From an uncultured delta proteobacterium (GTDB taxonomy: Bacteria; Desulfobacterota; Binatia; UBA9968): 64,000 nt of DNA. The stretch covers positions 96,001-160,000 of the forward strand of contig CAVWLW010000059.1 of the NCBI GenBank assembly GCA_963755715.1, read 5' to 3'. Below are positions 20,616 through 31,197 of this stretch, piece by piece. The notes beneath the pieces were generated by a model, which saw nothing but the letters and a program-made list of their open reading frames with translations, ran no database searches and had not been told where the DNA came from. Both the position numbers and the translations under genes were made by a program. Positions within the stretch are counted from its first letter, which is position 1, and every line of letters starts with the position of its first letter.

Positions 20616-21689
20616 CTAATTTGCCGCCACCCACGCGGTGAGAATCGACGGCGTATCGGTCATCAAAGGTTCCCACGAGTCACCGCGGTCGCGGCTTGTA
20701 TAGAACGCGCCTTTGCCTTTGATACGGGCTTCAAAACCGTAACCGCGCGAGCCGTCGCCCATACCGCAGAAAAGCGAGTTCGGATCGGTCGGATGATGCA
20801 CCAGCACCCACGGCATCCAGGGGTTTTCGTTTCCCAATCCTTGCGTCGAGATGCGCCAGTTTTCACCGCCGTCATCACTCAGCAGGATACAGCCATGAGG
20901 ATGAATTTTTTCCCGGCTCCATACTCCCGGCGAGCCTTTGCCGCCGCAGAGCACCATGCGCGGTGTGTCACCGGGCAGGAAGTGCCATTCGTGCGAGTAG
21001 CTGTGCAATTCCGTATAGCCCCACGGCATGCCATTCTCGACCCGGCGCCAATGCTCGCCGGCATTGTCGCTACGGTAAAAACCGCGCGCCGAAGACACAT
21101 AGTATCGCTCTTTACTGCCGGGATAATTTTCAATGTAGTGCATGTCGACGTAATTGATTCCGATGCTGCGGTCGTACCAAGTTTTGCCGCGATCTCTACT
21201 CAACAATACACCACCATGCTCGAGCAGGACAAAGATGAGGTTCTGATCATCTGGATGAATAAAAATATGGCGCACGTGGGGAAATTCGACACCGCGCAAG
21301 CGCGGCGGCACGTCCCATTTCTTTTTTGCTTCGTCCGGAATAGCGAGCATGCCGTCCAAAGGCTCCCAGGTCTTTCCGTTATCTTCGCTGCGGAAAAGTC
21401 GGATCGGACCGATACCCATGTAGACGACGCGTTCATCGTGCGGGTCCACAGTAAATGTGCGCACGTCGCCGTCCATGATCTTGGTCCAGGACTTGCCGGC
21501 ATCTTCGCTGCGATAGCCGCCGTCAAACGCCACCGCTGCGAAAACAACTTCCGGCTTATTTTTACAGCCAATCAGATGTTCGAGGGTTTTGCCCTCGAAG
21601 AATTGACCCACCGTGTTCATGGAACCGGAACGATTTTCCAACACATTCAGCCCGCCGTTGTGAGCGATGTAGTAGCGCAGCGATTCCAT
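20616..21689 (-). CDS. BNR/Asp-box repeat beta-propeller protein
   Basis: Six SxDxGxxW boxes: SEDAGKSW, SEDNGKTW, SRDRGKTW, SDNAGEHW, SDDGGENW, SRDRGDSW. Confidence 0.85.
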   Translation of the reverse strand: MESLRYYIAHNGGLNVLENRSGSMNTVGQFFEGKTLEHLIGCKNKPEVVFAAVAFDGGYRSEDAGKSWTKIMDGDVRTFTVDPHDERVVYMGIGPIRLFRSEDNGKTWEPLDGMLAIPDEAKKKWDVPPRLRGVEFPHVRHIFIHPDDQNLIFVLLEHGGVLLSRDRGKTWYDRSIGINYVDMHYIENYPGSKERYYVSSARGFYRSDNAGEHWRRVENGMPWGYTELHSYSHEWHFLPGDTPRMVLCGGKGSPGVWSREKIHPHGCILLSDDGGENWRISTQGLGNENPWMPWVLVHHPTDPNSLFCGMGDGSRGYGFEARIKGKGAFYTSRDRGDSWEPLMTDTPSILTAWVAAN

Positions 21690-21781
21690 AACGCCCTCCT
21701 GCTTAAGAAAGGATGAAGGTAAAGGCGGAAGGATAATTGAATTCTTCGGCCCTTCTTTTTTTATCCTTTATCCTTTTGCCC

Positions 21782-24001
21782 TTATCCTTTACCCCTCAAC
21801 GCCCGATAGACCTTCTCCGACGTCACCGGCAAGTCCGTGATGCGCACGCCGCAAGCGTCGGCCACCGCATTCGCCACCGCCGCCGCGGTCGGCGTGTTCG
21901 CGACTTCGCCGATCGCCAGACTATTGTAGGGGCCGGGACCGTCCGGTACGTTCTCCATGACGTGAGTTTTCAGCGGCGGGATATCCGTGATGTTGGGAAT
22001 TTTGAATTCACCGAAATTCGTCGTCGTGATCCTGGCGCCGTCAAACATCACTTCTTCCGTGAGCGCGTAACCGAGACCGAATACCACGCCGCCTTCGATC
22101 TGTCCTTGATGCATCAGCGGATTGATCACTTTGCCGGTCGTGTGCGCCGAGATCATATTGCGCAAGGTGACCTTGCCGGTCTCCGGGTCGACGTGAACCT
22201 CGGCGATTTGCGCCGAGACCGAGGCGTCGTGAGATTTTTCCGTGCTTTTATAATAGCCGCGCACATAGATCGGCGCGCCTTTGAACTTTATGACATCCGC
22301 GAAGCTCATTTTGCGTTTGGAATTTTTATGCACGATCATCCCCTTGTCGAGGGCCAGTTCCTTGGGATCGACTTCGAGGGATTGCGCCGCGAAGAAAAAA
22401 AGCTCTTCGCGCGCTTTTACTCCGCCTTCGTATGACGCGTTACCGTACACGCGGGTCGCGCGGCTGCCGCCGACGCCGCCGTCGCTCGGCACGATCGTGC
22501 TGTCGACCTGCTTTAATTCAATCTCATCCGCCGGCACATTTAATTCCTCACCGACCACTTGGACGATCACGGTGAGCACGCCTGCGCCCTGGTCGACCAC
22601 CGGTGTGATAACTTTGACCTTGCCGTCGTCTTCGATGGTCACGAACACGTTGCCTTCGCCGCCGCTCGGGCTCCACTCGGAAAATGACAGACCGCGCCCG
22701 ACATTTTTCGGCTTCGCTTTGCCGTAACCGGCAAGTTGGATCGCTTTTTCCAGCGCCTCCTGGCCGCGAATGTGCGAGATATGGCCGCCGATCGGCGTCT
22801 CGTCGCCGTCGCGCAACATGTTTTTCCTTTTGAACTCCGCCGGATCCATGCCGAGCTTGCGCGCGACGATATCGAGCTGGCTTTCGTTGGCAAAGAAGCC
22901 TTGCGGATCGCCCGGCGCGCGCATGTGGCCGCAAGGAATTTTGTTCGTGTACACCATCCGCTCTTCGATCAAACAATTGGCGATCTTGTACGGTCCGGCG
23001 CAAGTCGATGCGCCGATCAGATAACCCGCCGGCTTCATCGACGCGTAAGCGCCGCTGTCGAACATAAAGTCGATATGGTGCGCGACGATCGTGCCGTTCT
23101 TTTTCACGCCGGTTTTAATTTTGATGATCGAGGCGTGGCGCGGGTTGCCGGCGGTCAATTCCTCGGTGTAGTCCATGACCATCTTGACGGCCTGGCCGCT
23201 CTTCTTCGAGAGAAAGTAGGCGACGGGGACATCCATGAACCCACCTTTGCCGCCGAAGTCTCCGCCAATATGCATCGGGTGAAAAATCAGCTTCTCTTTC
23301 GCCACGCCGGTGCAATTCGACAGTTGGCCGCGCACGGCGAACGGCGTCTTGCTGCATGACCACAGCTCCGCGCCGCCGGACGCGTCAGCCTTTACCACGC
23401 AAGCATGCGGTTCGAGATAGGATTGATGCGTCACCTGCGTCGTGAAAGTATTCTCGACGACAACATCGGCCTGTTTGAAGCCCTCCTCGATATTTCCTTT
23501 GCCCCACTTGAGATAAGCGACAACGTTGCTGACGCTTTCGAGGGGCACCGGCAGACCTTTGTAAGAAAGTAAATCGGGGTGCAGCACCGGCGCGTCGGGC
23601 TTTGCCGCCTCTACCGGGTCAAGCAGCGGTTCCAACTCTTCATATTCTACATCGATCAATTCCAGTGCCTGCTCCGCCGCAACCTTCGTCTCCGCCGCGA
23701 CCGCCGCCACCTTTTCGCCGATGAACCGAACCACGCCATCCGCCAGCACCGGCGTATCGTAGATACAGCGCCCGATACGCAATCCGGTCACGTCCTGACC
23801 GGTAATCACCGCTTTTACCCCCGGCACTTGCCAAGCTTTGCTGGTGTCGATGCGTTTGATCCGTCCGTATGGAATCGGACTGCGCAAGCATCTGCCCCAT
23901 AAAGAATCGGGTAACTGCAAATCCGCGCTGTAGAGCGCTTTACCCGTGACCTTAAGGACGCCCTCGACCCTGGGTGTAGGTTTGCCAACCACCTGCGTCA
24001 T
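21782..24001 (-). CDS. Xanthine dehydrogenase-family molybdopterin-binding large subunit
   Basis: VGKPTPRVEG..KVTGKALY, HQSYLEPH, IGGDFGGKG, MRAPGDPQ, DQGAG, QGQIEGG, IGEV. Confidence 0.92.
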   Translation of the reverse strand: MTQVVGKPTPRVEGVLKVTGKALYSADLQLPDSLWGRCLRSPIPYGRIKRIDTSKAWQVPGVKAVITGQDVTGLRIGRCIYDTPVLADGVVRFIGEKVAAVAAETKVAAEQALELIDVEYEELEPLLDPVEAAKPDAPVLHPDLLSYKGLPVPLESVSNVVAYLKWGKGNIEEGFKQADVVVENTFTTQVTHQSYLEPHACVVKADASGGAELWSCSKTPFAVRGQLSNCTGVAKEKLIFHPMHIGGDFGGKGGFMDVPVAYFLSKKSGQAVKMVMDYTEELTAGNPRHASIIKIKTGVKKNGTIVAHHIDFMFDSGAYASMKPAGYLIGASTCAGPYKIANCLIEERMVYTNKIPCGHMRAPGDPQGFFANESQLDIVARKLGMDPAEFKRKNMLRDGDETPIGGHISHIRGQEALEKAIQLAGYGKAKPKNVGRGLSFSEWSPSGGEGNVFVTIEDDGKVKVITPVVDQGAGVLTVIVQVVGEELNVPADEIELKQVDSTIVPSDGGVGGSRATRVYGNASYEGGVKAREELFFFAAQSLEVDPKELALDKGMIVHKNSKRKMSFADVIKFKGAPIYVRGYYKSTEKSHDASVSAQIAEVHVDPETGKVTLRNMISAHTTGKVINPLMHQGQIEGGVVFGLGYALTEEVMFDGARITTTNFGEFKIPNITDIPPLKTHVMENVPDGPGPYNSLAIGEVANTPTAAAVANAVADACGVRITDLPVTSEKVYRALRGKG

Positions 24002-24183
24002 CTAGTTTCCTCCCAACTGGTAAATCTAATGCGGAAGGCCGCATCGGTTACTCTTTTTTAAACCGGAACACGGCGTATTGTCCAGTGATTTGAGAACGCG
24101 TAATAACCTAGCGTCGCGAAGCTCCAACGAATGGAGAGCTAGCTTTCACGATGAAGATCCCCCTCCTTACTCCTCCTGGCAAG

Positions 24184-24315
24184 GTGGCTGTGTCGCAATT
24201 AAAAAACTCCCAGGTGTGTCATGCTGATGAGCACAGAAGCATCTCGCATTCTCAGTGACTTGCGAAGACGAGATCCTTCGGCCGTTGCCTCAGGATGACA
24301 TTACAACGGACCTCG
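24184..24315. repeat. REP-like palindromic element
   Basis: TGTCATGCTGA (24217-24227) pairs with TCAGGATGACA (24290-24300); inner ATCTCG/CGAGAT; degenerate outer arms. Confidence 0.6.
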
Positions 24316-24325
24316 AGGTCAAGGA

Positions 24326-24390
24326 ATTGAACGGCTTGAACGATTTGAACTGTTTGAACGTTGAAATTGGACCTTGAACTTTTGAACGAA
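24326..24390 (+). repeat. Short-period TTGAAC tandem repeat; related tracts near 10260, 14075, 15280-15350 and 33417
   Basis: TTGAACGGCTTGAACGATTTGAACTGTTTGAACGTTGAAATTGGACCTTGAACTTTTGAAC. Confidence 0.6.
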
Positions 24391-25518
24391 TTAGGTCATG
24401 CCCACACCCGGTGCGGCGACCTTGGTGACCAACTCCAACTTGCGCCTCATATCATCCCAGGAGATCAGATTCCCCGACGCCGCAGAGGCAAAGCCGCACT
24501 GCGTGCTCAAGGCGAGGTTTTCCATCGGCACATATTTCGACGCTTGCTCGATGCGCCGCACGAGCTCATCTTCGGATTCGAGAGTCGGCTCTTTCGTCGT
24601 GATGAGTCCGAGCACCACCGTTTTGCCTTTGGGCACGAATCGCAACGGCTCGAAGCCGCCGGCGCGGTCCGTGTCGAATTCCAGTAGATAACGATCCATC
24701 TTGAGCGAGCCGAAGGCCTTCTCGGCGATCGGCTCGTAACTGCCTTCGGCGCCCCAGGCGCTGCGCTTGTTGCCGCGGCAGAAATGAATACTGAGAACGA
24801 CATCAGGATTTCGTTTGACGCCGTCGATCATTGCGTTGTCGGCGGCAATCGCCGCGTCCAATGCTTGATCCAAATTTATGCCGCTTTGTCTCAGCACTTC
24901 GCGCCGGCGTTCGTCGAAGAAGTTGGAATACGACGGCGCATCCAACTGCACGTACGACGCCCCTTCGTCGATCAGCGCCTGCACTTCCTCGCGCATGATC
25001 GCCGCCACGTCTTGCAGCATGTCGTGCACCGTCGCGTAAAACTTGTCCGTCACACCCGGCCGGTAGCGCATGATCGCATGCTGCATCGCCGCCGGCGTGC
25101 AAACTTTGAACGGCCCCGGCGCATGCTGTTTTAAAAACGGCGCTTCGTTGGGCGTGAAACGCCCTTTCCTGCGCAATTTGCCGCCGACGATATATTGCAG
25201 GTTGCCTTCTTTCGATTCCTCGGCGAGTTGTTTTCCCTTGCCGCGCCATTCGAACTTCACCACCGGTTTTCCGGGCACGAGCCCGTCCAGGGCTTTGGTG
25301 ATATCGGCGGTGAAAATATCGCGGCGATATTCGCCGTCGGTAAAAATTTGCACGCCGGCGGCCTTCTGCATTGCCAGTGCGGTGAGAATCGAGCGGTCTT
25401 CGATCTCGCGTACTTGGATCTCGTCCATGCGCCCTTCGCGCAGCGCCATCCGGGCTTGCAATAGTTCCGCCGGCCGCAACAGACTGCCGATATTATCTGC
25501 ACGAAATCTTGTCTTCAT
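24391..25518 (-). CDS. Cobalamin-independent methionine synthase II family (single-barrel MetE-like, YxjH-like)
   Basis: IGSLLRP, TDGEYRR, VQLDAP; Zn ligands HFC..LLE..QCGF. The last few codons are probably frameshifted. Confidence 0.88.
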   Translation of the reverse strand: MKTRFRADNIGSLLRPAELLQARMALREGRMDEIQVREIEDRSILTALAMQKAAGVQIFTDGEYRRDIFTADITKALDGLVPGKPVVKFEWRGKGKQLAEESKEGNLQYIVGGKLRRKGRFTPNEAPFLKQHAPGPFKVCTPAAMQHAIMRYRPGVTDKFYATVHDMLQDVAAIMREEVQALIDEGASYVQLDAPSYSNFFDERRREVLRQSGINLDQALDAAIAADNAMIDGVKRNPDVVLSIHFCRGNKRSAWGAEGSYEPIAEKAFGSLKMDRYLLEFDTDRAGGFEPLRFVPKGKTVVLGLITTKEPTLESEDELVRRIEQASKYVPMENLALSTQCGFASAASGNLISWDDMRRKLELVTKVAAPGVGMT

Positions 25519-25723
25519 GGATCACCCTCCATTGTGGCTAATTCTACTCACGGCAATTAGCGCCAAACCACAGTTTAGGCAAGGTCAAGCGTGCAGATAA
25601 TTTCGGCGTTGCGGCCGCAGTTTGCCATCGAAAGCCAATCACACCGACATGCCGCCGACAATAGACACGCGGGCGGCGTATTCTTGAAGCGCACGGCTCG
25701 CGGTGGACAAGGCACTGCTTTGG

Positions 25724-26602
25724 TTAGGCTGAATACACGAGAGATAAGCGCTCCAGAATCGCAAAATCTTTTTCTCGCCCCACGGGCATCAGATGGATGC
25801 CATGACAAATCTGCTTCAACCCGCTCACAATCTCCCCGGCGATTTCCGACAGTTTCGACAGGGATCCGCAGGAGCGATTCAACCGTTCAAGCAGGTCCGA
25901 CGGAACCGTGATGCCCGGCACCTTTTCATTGAGAAATTGAGCCATTTTGACCGACCGCAACGGAATGACGCCGGCAATGATATAAACCGGCATGGTTCGC
26001 GCGATCTTCATGAAACCGTCGAAAGCGCCGAGGCTGTAAATCGCCTGGGTTTGAAAAAAGCGCGCGCCGGCTTCGACTTTCTCCTCGAAGCGCCTTAACT
26101 CCGGTTCCAACGGCTCGACGCAGGGATTGACCGTAGCACCGCAGAAGAAGTTTGTGTTCCCTTCCAGCGCGGAGCCGGCTGCGTCCTTACCTGAATTCAG
26201 CTGTGCGATCATCTGCAGCAGCGCCGCCGAGCTGATATCGAAAACCGGCTTTGCCATGGGATGATCGCCAACGTCGACCGGATCGCCGGTCATGGCTAGC
26301 ACGTTGCGAATCCCCAGCACCCAAGCTGTGAGCAAATCCGACTGCAGGGCCATGCGGTTTCGATCGCGGCAGGTCAGCTGCAGGATCGGCTCGAGACCTT
26401 CGCGCGCCAGCACACTCGCCCCGCCCACGGAGCTCAAGCGCATGGTGGCGCGCTGATTATCGGTGACATTGACCGCATGGACCTTTCCCTTGAGCAACGC
26501 GGCGGTGGCCAGGAAAGTTGACAGATCCGTGCCCTTCGGCGGCTCTATTTCTGTGGTGATAACGAATTGTCCGGACTCGAGACGCTCGCGTAGAGAGCTC
26601 AT
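25724..26602 (-). CDS. metF: Methylenetetrahydrofolate reductase
   Basis: EIEPPKG, VNVTDN, LTCRDRNRMALQ, LAMTGD, KVEAGARFFQTQ, GIHLM. Confidence 0.88.
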   Translation of the reverse strand: MSSLRERLESGQFVITTEIEPPKGTDLSTFLATAALLKGKVHAVNVTDNQRATMRLSSVGGASVLAREGLEPILQLTCRDRNRMALQSDLLTAWVLGIRNVLAMTGDPVDVGDHPMAKPVFDISSAALLQMIAQLNSGKDAAGSALEGNTNFFCGATVNPCVEPLEPELRRFEEKVEAGARFFQTQAIYSLGAFDGFMKIARTMPVYIIAGVIPLRSVKMAQFLNEKVPGITVPSDLLERLNRSCGSLSKLSEIAGEIVSGLKQICHGIHLMPVGREKDFAILERLSLVYSA

Positions 26603-26820
26603 GGCATGTTCCTTTGCTGGCTAAAATGGCTCTTCCCGCTAATCTTAGCTCCATGTGCGAACAATGTAAGTCGACGGTCTTTTTGTCAAATTATACGGGA
26701 GAGCAGCGAGGAGAAAAATTGACTCATGCCGCCGCGGCTAGTCTGGATGTCGTCACAGGTCAATCGTCGTTTCCTGCAACCGGGCGATCCGAGTAAGCGC
26801 TTCGAGAGCAAACGCGCCGG

Positions 26821-27984
26821 TCACGTGCTGCCCCACACTTGCCGCGCGGTCTCCACGACGACTTCCAGCTTTCTTCTCTGATCGTCTGCGCTGATGAGAT
26901 TGCCCACCACGTCCGAGGCAAAACCGCACTGCGGGCTGATCGCCAGCTGTTCCAGTGGAAGATATTTGCTCGCTCTGTCGATACGATGTTTGAGGTCGTC
27001 AACCGTTTCGAGCTCCGGAACTTTAGTGCTGACCAGCCCCAAGACGACGACCTTTCCTTTCGGGACAAAACGCAGCGGCTCGAAAGTACCGGCGCGCGGG
27101 CTGTCGTATTCAAGCAAAAACCGATGGTGTTGAAGGCCACCGAAGAGCGCCTCCGCGATCGCGTCGTAGCTTCCTTCGCGGTGCCACATGCTGCGTTGGT
27201 TGCCGCGGCACAAGTGAATGCCAAACGTGACACCGTCGAAAAGCCGCAAGATCTCATTATCCGCCTTGATCGAACGCATAAGATTTTTCATCGGATCTTC
27301 GCCGCGCTCTTTCATTTCATCCAGCGATGGAGCGTCCACATACGCCGTATAGCTCGGCGCGTCGATTTGAACGTAGCGGCAGCCGGCGTCGATCAAGCTG
27401 CGAATCATCTCGCGCTCGATGCGCACGACGTCGGCGACAAAATCTTCCGTGCTCCAATAAACCGATTTGGAATTTTGATAGTCGAAGCGCTGCGTAATCC
27501 GATCGGGACCAACCAACGTCACCTTCGCCGGCTTTTGCGCCACAGCGCTGACGAAGCGATATTCTTCCAGCGGGAGATTGCGCGTCAGGCGAAGCTTTTG
27601 CGATACCGGTCGGCGTTGCAAAATCGCGGCGCCATCCGCCACGTGATAGGGGTCCCAGCGTTGCAGCGGCTTGCCCTCGCGCGAGAGACTTTCCATGAAG
27701 GAAAGATCGACGTGCCGCGCGGCGAAGCCGCTCACCGAGGCGGCAAAGCTGTCTTGAAAATTCAACCGGCGATATTCGCCGTCCGTGATCACATCGAGCC
27801 CCAAGCTTTCTTGGAGTCGCACCGCATCACGGATCGCATCGTCTTCGATGCGGTGCAGCTCCTCTTCAGAGATTTTCCCTTCGTCGCGCTGCGCGTAGGC
27901 CTGTTTGAGATGCGCCGGACGCAACAAGCTGCCGACCACGTCGGTTCTGATGTTAGATAATGGCGTCGTCGTCGTGTTACTCAT
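26821..27984 (-). CDS. Cobalamin-independent methionine synthase II family (second copy)
   Basis: VVGSLLRP, ITDGEYRR, VQIDAP, HLCRGN, LLEYD, SPQCGF. Confidence 0.9.
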   Translation of the reverse strand: MSNTTTTPLSNIRTDVVGSLLRPAHLKQAYAQRDEGKISEEELHRIEDDAIRDAVRLQESLGLDVITDGEYRRLNFQDSFAASVSGFAARHVDLSFMESLSREGKPLQRWDPYHVADGAAILQRRPVSQKLRLTRNLPLEEYRFVSAVAQKPAKVTLVGPDRITQRFDYQNSKSVYWSTEDFVADVVRIEREMIRSLIDAGCRYVQIDAPSYTAYVDAPSLDEMKERGEDPMKNLMRSIKADNEILRLFDGVTFGIHLCRGNQRSMWHREGSYDAIAEALFGGLQHHRFLLEYDSPRAGTFEPLRFVPKGKVVVLGLVSTKVPELETVDDLKHRIDRASKYLPLEQLAISPQCGFASDVVGNLISADDQRRKLEVVVETARQVWGST

Positions 27985-28030
27985 AAAAACCCTCGCATTC
28001 GAATAAAAATATCAGCATTGCTCCCGAGGC

Positions 28031-29478
28031 TCAGACGGATGCTCGGGCGCGCAGTGTCGCCATGGACTCCGATGCCTCGCGCACAATTTTCTCCACATCC
28101 AGGGCCGTCATCTGCCCGCCGCGCTTCAGGATGCGTCCGTCGACGACCACCGTATCGACGTTGTGCGGCTGCGCCGAGCGCACGATCGCCTGGACTGGAT
28201 CTCCCAGCGGTGCCATGTTGAGGTCGGTTGTGCGAACCAAAATCAAGTCCGCGCGTTTGCCGGGCGTGAGCGAACCTACACGGTCGGCAATGCCCAAGTC
28301 GCGCGCGCCATTGATCGTTGCCAGCTCCAGAACCTGCCGCGCCGAAATGCTCATCGGGTCTTTATAAATTACAAACTGCGTGTCGATGAGCGTATGCATG
28401 TTGGCAAACATGTCGTTGTTCCCCGAAATCGCCGCGGTATCGATCGACAGGCTCACCAGAATACCGTGCTTGAGCAGGTCGACCAGCCGGGTTGAAAGGA
28501 ACGACGAACGCATTTCAGCAAAAGGACTGAAGGACACGTGGGCTTTTGATCGAACAATTCGCGCGTAGTCGGACTCGTCGAACCCCGTGGGATTGATGAG
28601 TTGGACGTCGGGACCAAGCATGCCTTCCTTCTCGAGCAAAGCGACGCGGCCTTTTCCCCCGGCGTGTATCGTAATCGGCAGCCCGAGCTTGCGCGCTCCC
28701 GCCCAGTCGAGCCCGAGCGTGGCGACCGTTACCGCGCCGCGCGGCGAATCGCTGAGACTGCGCGCGGCCATCCCTAAGGTCAAAAGTCCGTCGCTCGACG
28801 CGCGTAAACCATTCCCGTTGTACTCGCGCCAAGTCGGCGAGATCCATCGTCTGATCGGCAGGCAGCCCGCCCTGGGGAGTACCGTAGGAGAATCGAGCGC
28901 GTATGCCGGTATCGCGCAATGCGCGTAAATCGGCGTCGGCATAAGCGGGACCACGAATATTGTGCGACCAGTCATGCACGGTGGTGATCCCGGAATAAAG
29001 CATCTCCGCCACTCCCAGGCGCACCCCGCGGTAGGTATCTTCCGGCTTATACTCTTTGCCAAGCCCGAGCGTCAGAGCGAAGTAGCCCATTTTCGGCCCC
29101 TCGTCGACCAGATTGCGTAGCGGCGTATTCCACAGATGAGAGTGCGTGTCGATCAAGCCCGGCAATGCAATCATTGCACTCCCGTCGATGATTTCGCCGC
29201 CCGAGGTTCGAAGTTCTTTCCCCACCGCGACAATCTCGCCGGCGCGCACGTGGATGTCACCGCCTGCGATATCTCCCAGCGCCGGGTCCATGGTCAAAAC
29301 ATGCGCGCCACGCACAACAAATTCGCCGCGCCCAGGCAACTTTGCCGAACTTCGATCCGGTGACAGCGACGCTCGCCCGATTCGTGGCTTGCGTGCCGCA
29401 GGCCGCGACACCGATCGACCCCAACGCTGCTATGGCACCCAGGAACCCGCGCCGACTAATTGTCTTCTTGTCGTTCAT
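28031..29478 (-). CDS. Tat-exported lipoprotein amidohydrolase (MTA/SAH deaminase/AtzA-like), frameshifted
   Basis: SRRGFL plus VAAC at the start; PGLIDTHSH, GITTV, ITIHAG, LSIDT and GSLTPGKRADL across three frames; collinear with 29597..31081. Confidence 0.82.
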
Positions 29479-29596
29479 CGCTCTCCCTCAATCGCCGAAA
29501 TCGTCATCAGCGCTTGATCGTCAATTCAACTTCCGACGATCGGCATAGTTCGGTTTTGCCCGCTCCTCAAAAGGCCTTTATGCGATTCACCCACGC

Positions 29597-31081
29597 CTAG
29601 CGCGTAAACAATTCGTTGATCCCCTTGCCCGCGCCTTCCTTACTGGCTTCCTTGCGGGCGCGCTCGATGGTGTCGGCCGTGTCGCGCGCGAGCTGCGCCA
29701 TGTCGATGGTCGTGAGCTTGCCGTCGCGCTTGAGAAAACGGCCGTCGACGATCACGGCCTCGATGTTCGACGGCTGCGCGGCCTGCACAATCATGTTCGT
29801 CGCAATCGTGAAGGGCAGCATGTTGACGTCCGTCGTGCGCACCAGGATCAAGTCGGCGCGCTTGCCCGGAGTCAATGAGCCAATGTGATCGGCGAGACCG
29901 AGGGCGCGCGCGCCGTCGATGGTCGCCATCTCCAGCACTCTCTGCGACGAGATCCCGAACTCGCTCTTTTGCAGCCCGTTCTCGATATTCGACATCGCTT
30001 TCATGATCGCGAACATGTCCGCGTTGCCGCAGAGAATCGTGGTGTCGACGGAGAGACTGACCGGCACTCCTGCGCGCAGGAACGATCCTACCGGCGTGAT
30101 GCCGAAGCCGGTGCGCAGCTCCGTGTACGGGCTCAAGCTCACCGGCGTCTTGGTCTCGGCAAGGAGCTTGAGATCTTCCGGCGAATTGTTTGTCGCGTGG
30201 ACCAGCACCACATCGGGCCCGAGCAGCCCAAATTTCGCCAGCGCCTGCACTCCCTGGCGCTGCTTGACCCGCTCCAAGCTCGTGCCCATGTGCGTGGTGA
30301 TGGGAAGATGATGCTCACGCGCGAAGGCCCACTCTTTGCGGGCAATCTCGATGGAATTGGTTTCAGGTCCGCGCGGCGCGATGCCCAGTGTCAGCAGCGC
30401 GTCCTTGGAGTCGGCGAACCATTGCTTTTGCACGCGCGCGACGTCGGCGAGCGGTAAGGTCGCGTCGGGCGGGGTCTTGCGCGAATAACCGTAAGCGAAA
30501 CGCGCGCGTCCGCCGACCTCTTTGTGCACTTGGAGTTCTGCGTCGGCATATTCCGGCCCGAGTAGATTGTGCGACCAGTTGGTGACCGTGGTGATGCCGG
30601 AGTAAAGCGCTTCGGCAAGCGCGAGACGCACGCCTCTGGCGTTATCTTCCGGCGTGAAAAACTGACCGAGCAGGCGACTGATGTAAAAGTAACCGGTGTT
30701 TTCGGTAGGCCCGGCCATATTGCGTGCCACCGCGCCCCACATGTGCCAGTGCGTTTCGATAAAGCCGGGCAGCGCGATCATGTTGTCGGCGCGAACTATC
30801 TCAGCTTTCGGTGCGGCAAGATTTTGGCCGACGGCAATAATGACGCCATCGCGCAGGTGAATGTCGCAGCCGCTAATCTCGCCAAGCTTGGCATCCATCG
30901 TGAGAACGTGCGCGTTCTTCACGATGAACTCGCCACGTTCCGGAAGTTCGCCTGGAGATCGGCTTGCAGCCAGACTTGAAGTTGTCGCCGTTCGTGTGGC
31001 ACACCCGGCTAGCGCCATCGTTCCAAGCGCCGCAGTTGCGCTCAGGAAACCACGCCGGCTTATCTTGGGTCTGTTGCTCAT
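29597..31081 (-). CDS. Tat-exported lipoprotein amidohydrolase (MTA/SAH deaminase/AtzA-like)
   Basis: MSNRPKISRRGFL, lipobox LAGC, PGFIETHWH, TTHMG, LVHAT, LSVDT, GSLTPGKRADL. GGAGG upstream. Confidence 0.88.
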   Translation of the reverse strand: MSNRPKISRRGFLSATAALGTMALAGCATRTATTSSLAASRSPGELPERGEFIVKNAHVLTMDAKLGEISGCDIHLRDGVIIAVGQNLAAPKAEIVRADNMIALPGFIETHWHMWGAVARNMAGPTENTGYFYISRLLGQFFTPEDNARGVRLALAEALYSGITTVTNWSHNLLGPEYADAELQVHKEVGGRARFAYGYSRKTPPDATLPLADVARVQKQWFADSKDALLTLGIAPRGPETNSIEIARKEWAFAREHHLPITTHMGTSLERVKQRQGVQALAKFGLLGPDVVLVHATNNSPEDLKLLAETKTPVSLSPYTELRTGFGITPVGSFLRAGVPVSLSVDTTILCGNADMFAIMKAMSNIENGLQKSEFGISSQRVLEMATIDGARALGLADHIGSLTPGKRADLILVRTTDVNMLPFTIATNMIVQAAQPSNIEAVIVDGRFLKRDGKLTTIDMAQLARDTADTIERARKEASKEGAGKGINELFTR

Positions 31082-31147
31082 GGACACCTCCGCGGAACTC
31101 CCGCCTCTCTTTGCTCCTATAGTCAAAGGCAGTTGCTCCAACAAGCT

Positions 31148-31186
31148 GACAAATGGTAAACACTTTGTTGAATATCTCTAAACAAT
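31148..31186. promoter_or_regulatory. Putative LysR operator in the divergent promoter
   Basis: Dyad ACAAA-TGGTAAACAC-TTTGT-like sequence just upstream of lysR; 19/20 identical to 52381-52400. Confidence 0.6.
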
Positions 31187-31197
31187 AATGTCTAGCC

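Noticed and set aside
20793-21716. 307-aa plus-strand ORF
   Set aside because: Antisense to the BNR-repeat gene.
21782-24001. Calling the Mo subunit coxL (CO dehydrogenase)
   Set aside because: It lacks the AYxCSFR loop, and coxM/coxS are absent.
26603-26820. SAM or SAH riboswitch upstream of metF
   Set aside because: No consensus core recognised; an Rfam search is needed to exclude it fully.
26839-27960. 373-aa plus-strand ORF
   Set aside because: Antisense mirror of the MetE-like gene, as expected from GC-rich codon bias.
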